A stretch of 64,000 bases of DNA from Bacilli bacterium (GTDB lineage: Bacteria; Bacillota_I; Bacilli_A; RF39; UBA660). Below, piece by piece: positions 60,302 through 64,000 of the stretch. How positions within the stretch are numbered: position 1 is the first letter of the stretch; the number at the start of each line of letters is the position of its first letter. The translations under genes and the position numbers were made by a program. The notes beneath the pieces are model-generated. The model was given only the letters and a program-made list of their open reading frames with translations, was not told where the DNA came from and ran no database searches. The DNA lies in NCBI GenBank assembly GCA_017435465.1, contig JAFSEX010000038.1, positions 720-64,719 of the forward strand, written 5' to 3'.

Positions 60302-61030
60302 ATGAATCAGATGATAAAAGGATGTAAAATAAATTATATACAATACGGAAATAAAAATGGAAAAGAAATAGTATTATTACATGGTTGGGGACAAAATATA
60401 GAAATGATGAATCCAATAGGTAATGGACTAAGTGACAAATATCATATTACCGTAATAGATTTACCTGGATTTGGTAATAGTTCTGAACCCAACACTGATT
60501 TTAACATACTAGATTACTATGAATGTGTTGATGAATTACTTACAAATTTAAAAGTTGAAAATCCAACTATAATTGGACATTCATTTGGTGGAAGAATTGG
60601 AATTATTTATGCAGCTAAAAAACAAAGTGAAAAATTAGTATTACTTAGTAGTCCATTTGTAAAACGTATTACAAAAGAATCTCCAAAAGTAAAAATTTTA
60701 AAGTCTTTAAAAAAAGTTCCAGGGTTAAATAAATTAGAAAATTTTGCGAAAAAACATATTGGATCTACTGATTATAAAAATGCGAGTGAAATGATGCGTA
60801 AAATCTTAGTTAATACCGTAAATGAAGATTTAACTGATTATGTTAAACAAATTAAAGCATCAACAATAGTAGTTGCTGGTGAATTTGATGAAGCAGTTCC
60901 ATTAGAAGAAATAAATATGTATGAAAAGTATATAGATGATTGTGCTGTGATTTTATACAAAGGGTGCACACACTATGCATATTTAGAAGATATTAATAGA
61001 ACAATAAGTATAATTAGGAATTTTATATAG
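60302..61030 (+). CDS. Alpha/beta hydrolase
   Basis: LLHGWG, DLPGFG, GHSFGG, catalytic His in THYAY. Confidence 0.9.
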   Translation: MNQMIKGCKINYIQYGNKNGKEIVLLHGWGQNIEMMNPIGNGLSDKYHITVIDLPGFGNSSEPNTDFNILDYYECVDELLTNLKVENPTIIGHSFGGRIGIIYAAKKQSEKLVLLSSPFVKRITKESPKVKILKSLKKVPGLNKLENFAKKHIGSTDYKNASEMMRKILVNTVNEDLTDYVKQIKASTIVVAGEFDEAVPLEEINMYEKYIDDCAVILYKGCTHYAYLEDINRTISIIRNFI

Positions 61031-61039
61031 GAGGTATTT

Positions 61040-62635
61040 ATGTTTTGTTTAATAATAACATTAATATTGTGGTTAATATTAATAATAATTAAAACTAAAA
61101 AAAGTTTACACATGCTTCAACAAAATTTATATAATACTGAAAATAGATATTTTAAATGGATAAATAAAAATTTTAATAAAGTATTTTTAAATATTGATAT
61201 AATATTACTTATATTTATGATATTTTCTACGATATTTTTACATAATTATATAATCAATACAATTGTATTTGATTTATTATTACTAGTTTGTATTGTTAAA
61301 TATATAAGTTTAAGTGAATATGATAAAAAGCATGAAAAGAAGCCGTTAGTATATACTAAAAGAATATATAGATTAGTGTTTACAATATCAATTTTATTAC
61401 TAATACCTATCATATACATGTTTATAGATTTTGAGGTAACACATTTAAAAGAATGCTATATTAAATTGTCAGTATTAACATATATTGTATATGTTATTGT
61501 ATTAGTCGCAAATATAATTAATCATCCAATTGAAAGATATGTATATCATTCTTTCAAAAGAAAAGCTATGAAAAAACTAAGAGATAATCCAAATTTAAAA
61601 GTAATTGGAATTACAGGAAGTTATGGTAAAACAAGTAGTAAAAATATTTTAAGTGATATTTTAAATATTAAATATAATGCACTTCCAACACCTAAAAATT
61701 TAAATACACCATACGGATTAATTATCACAATTAATAATCATTTGGATAAGTTTGATGACATATTAATTGCTGAAATGGGTGCATACAAAATTGGTGAAAT
61801 TCAAGAATTATGTGACTTAGTTCATCCTACATATGGGATATTAACTAGTATTGGAACTGCCCATTTAGAATCATTTGGAAGTGAGGAAAATATTCAAAAA
61901 GGCAAATTTGAATTAATTGAATCATTACCAACAAATGGTGTTGCAGTACTTAATATGGATGATGAAAAACAAGTAAATTATAAAATTAAAAATAAATGCA
62001 AAAAAATATGGATAAGTATAAATAATGAAAAAGCTGATTATCAAGCAACAAATATTAAAATGAATAATAAGGGTATGAGTTTTAATGTTATATTAGATGG
62101 TAAAAAAGTTAAATTTGAAACCAAACTTTTAGGAATACCAAATATTTATAATATTTTAGCAGGTATTGCGCTTGGTCATTATTTAGGAATTACATCTGAA
62201 CAATTACAAAGAGCAGTTATGAATGTTAAAAATACTGAACATAGATTAGAACTAAAGAAAGCTGGAGATATAACTTATATTGATGATGCATATAACTCAA
62301 ATCCAGTAGGTTCAAAAATGGCATTAGATGTTCTTGATATGATGCCAGGTAAAAAAATAATAATTACACCAGGTATGATTGAGCTTGGTAGTAAACAATA
62401 TGAATTAAACAAAAAATTTGGTGAATATATCGCAGATGTATGTGATGAAGTAATATTAGTTGGTGAAAAACAAACAAGACCAATATTAGATGGATTAAAT
62501 GAAAAAGGGTATAATGAGAAAAAAATACACATAATAAATGATGTTAAAGATGGATTTACAATAGTTAATCAAATTAAAACAAAAGATACATACGTATTAT
62601 TGGAAAATGATTTACCAGATTCATTTAATGAGTAA
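61040..62635 (+). CDS. murF: UDP-MurNAc-tripeptide--D-Ala-D-Ala ligase with N-terminal TM extension
   Basis: GITGSYGKTS, AEMGA, AHLESF, IDDAYNSNP, PGMIELG, LENDLPD. Confidence 0.9.
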   Translation: MFCLIITLILWLILIIIKTKKSLHMLQQNLYNTENRYFKWINKNFNKVFLNIDIILLIFMIFSTIFLHNYIINTIVFDLLLLVCIVKYISLSEYDKKHEKKPLVYTKRIYRLVFTISILLLIPIIYMFIDFEVTHLKECYIKLSVLTYIVYVIVLVANIINHPIERYVYHSFKRKAMKKLRDNPNLKVIGITGSYGKTSSKNILSDILNIKYNALPTPKNLNTPYGLIITINNHLDKFDDILIAEMGAYKIGEIQELCDLVHPTYGILTSIGTAHLESFGSEENIQKGKFELIESLPTNGVAVLNMDDEKQVNYKIKNKCKKIWISINNEKADYQATNIKMNNKGMSFNVILDGKKVKFETKLLGIPNIYNILAGIALGHYLGITSEQLQRAVMNVKNTEHRLELKKAGDITYIDDAYNSNPVGSKMALDVLDMMPGKKIIITPGMIELGSKQYELNKKFGEYIADVCDEVILVGEKQTRPILDGLNEKGYNEKKIHIINDVKDGFTIVNQIKTKDTYVLLENDLPDSFNE

Positions 62636-62652
62636 GATTAGGAGGAATTAAA

Positions 62653-63864
62653 ATGATAAAAGTAGGAGTAATATTTGGAGGAAAAAGTGTTGAACATGAA
62701 GTTAGTATAATTTCCGCAGTTCAAGCAATGAAACATTTAGATAAAGATAAATATATGACAGTGCCAATATATATTTCAAAAGATAATGAAATGTATACAG
62801 GAGCATTCTTAAATGATATAGAAATATATTCAGATATGGATAATTTAAAAAGATATGCTAAAAATGTTGTAATGTATGTAAAAGATAATAGAATTGTTTT
62901 ACAAAACAAAAAAGGTTTTAAAGGAATTGTAAACGAAGTAGATATTATTTTACCAGTAGTACATGGTATGAATGTAGAAGATGGTACATTACAAGGATAT
63001 TTAGAACTACTTGGGGTTCCATATGTTGGAAGTGATATTTATGCTGCAACTGTGGGCCAAGATAAAGTATTTATGAAACAAATCTTTGAATCGGCTGGAC
63101 TTAATGTTCCAAAATATGTATGGTTCTTTGAAAATGAATATAAAGCAGGTAGTGAAATAATAATTAATGAAATCGAAAAATTAAAATATCCAGTAATTGT
63201 AAAACCTGCTAAACTAGGAAGTAGTATTGGTATTTCAATTGCTAATAATAAAGAAGAATTAATTGAAGCAATAGATGAAGCAATTAAATACGATACCAAA
63301 GTATTAGTTGAAGAAGTTATCCCAAACTTAACAGAAGTTAATGCAAGTGTACTTGGTGATTATACATATTATCAAGTAAGTGAATTAGAAGAAGTAATGG
63401 GTAAAGATGCATTCTTAAGTTTCAATGATAAATATATTGGAAGTTCTAAAAGTAAAGCACCATTAAAAGGAACATCTACTAGTAAAGGAATGCTTTCTAC
63501 AAATAGAGTAATTCCAGCAAATATTGACAAAAAATTAAGAGAAGAAATTATTGATATGACTAAAAGTGCTGCACGTGTGCTTAATACAAGTGGAGTTGCA
63601 CGAATCGATTATTTAATTGATAAAAAGAAAAAGAAAGCATATATCAATGAAATTAATACAATACCTGGTTCATTATCATTCTATTTATGGGAACCACTTG
63701 GTAAAAGTTATGAGGAATTATTAGATGAAATGATAACTTTAGCAATCAAAAATTATAAAAGAAAAAGTAAAATGACTTCATCATTTGAAAGTAATATTTT
63801 AAAAAATCATGGAGGGCTTAAAGGTGTAAAAGGTTGTAAAGGAAAATTAGGAAAATTAAGATAA
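62653..63864 (+). CDS. ddl: D-alanine--D-alanine ligase
   Basis: FGGKSVEHEVS, HGMNVEDG, VKPAKLGSSIG, NEINTIPGS. Confidence 0.93.
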   Translation: MIKVGVIFGGKSVEHEVSIISAVQAMKHLDKDKYMTVPIYISKDNEMYTGAFLNDIEIYSDMDNLKRYAKNVVMYVKDNRIVLQNKKGFKGIVNEVDIILPVVHGMNVEDGTLQGYLELLGVPYVGSDIYAATVGQDKVFMKQIFESAGLNVPKYVWFFENEYKAGSEIIINEIEKLKYPVIVKPAKLGSSIGISIANNKEELIEAIDEAIKYDTKVLVEEVIPNLTEVNASVLGDYTYYQVSELEEVMGKDAFLSFNDKYIGSSKSKAPLKGTSTSKGMLSTNRVIPANIDKKLREEIIDMTKSAARVLNTSGVARIDYLIDKKKKKAYINEINTIPGSLSFYLWEPLGKSYEELLDEMITLAIKNYKRKSKMTSSFESNILKNHGGLKGVKGCKGKLGKLR

Positions 63865-63866
63865 TT

Positions 63867-63915
63867 AAAAATCTTTAATATTATGTCTAATTTGACATAA
63901 TATTAAAGATTTTTT
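63867..63915 (+). terminator. Long (21-bp stem) terminator-like inverted repeat after ddl
   Basis: aaaaatctttaatattatgtc-taattt-gacataatattaaagattttt. Confidence 0.7.
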
Positions 63916-64000
63916 ATTGACTCTAAAGTTTAAATATTATAAAATAAAATTGTAAATAATAAATATAGTAGTATTTATTATAGAAAGTAAAGGAGAGTAT

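Noticed and set aside
122-63299. Numerous 60-117 aa antisense or alternate-frame ORFs in the ORF track (e.g. 12945-13298, 26077-26373, 49056-49355, 49476-49751, 53964-54290)
   Set aside because: Shadow ORFs inside well-supported genes, with no RBS or family motifs; the repeat in 49476-49751 simply mirrors the rpn 21-bp repeat

Overview
Very AT-rich chromosomal segment (roughly 25% GC by eye, genetic code 11) from a small-genome Bacilli/Firmicutes organism. The gene style resembles RF39-type gut Bacilli, which is inference only. Positions 1-22 kb hold a Wzx/Wzy capsule/EPS locus: priming GT, UDP-GlcA epimerase, a PHP + phosphoribosyltransferase pair, GT4s, wzy, pyruvyl- and acetyltransferases, wzx, an FrhB-like protein, ugd, LCP, cpsCDB, pssDE, tagO and galE. 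Two DUF1016/YhcG nuclease paralogues are interleaved with it. The rest is mostly housekeeping (dnaB, dnaI, thrS, fmt, polA, proS, alaS, PFOR, ackA, nrnA, engB, rsmE, mtaB, tcdA, murF, ddl), with two T-box riboswitches (Thr, Ala), a 6S RNA, a type III ToxIN toxin-antitoxin (35-nt pseudoknot repeats), an Rpn-family nuclease and several orphan surface proteins. The most notable observations are: (1) different, GC-rich palindromes at exactly the same codon register inside both DUF1016 genes; (2) a perfectly spaced sigma-70 promoter between the toxI terminator and toxN; (3) a PHP + PRTase pair in the capsule operon that could be a new ribofuranosylation route; (4) a shared G-rich promoter motif, once as a G8 tract, upstream of two unrelated membrane genes; (5) an rpn ribosome-binding site buried in the upstream terminator; (6) an unannotated 28-aa membrane peptide with its own transcription signals. 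All calls come from reading the sequence; no searches were run.
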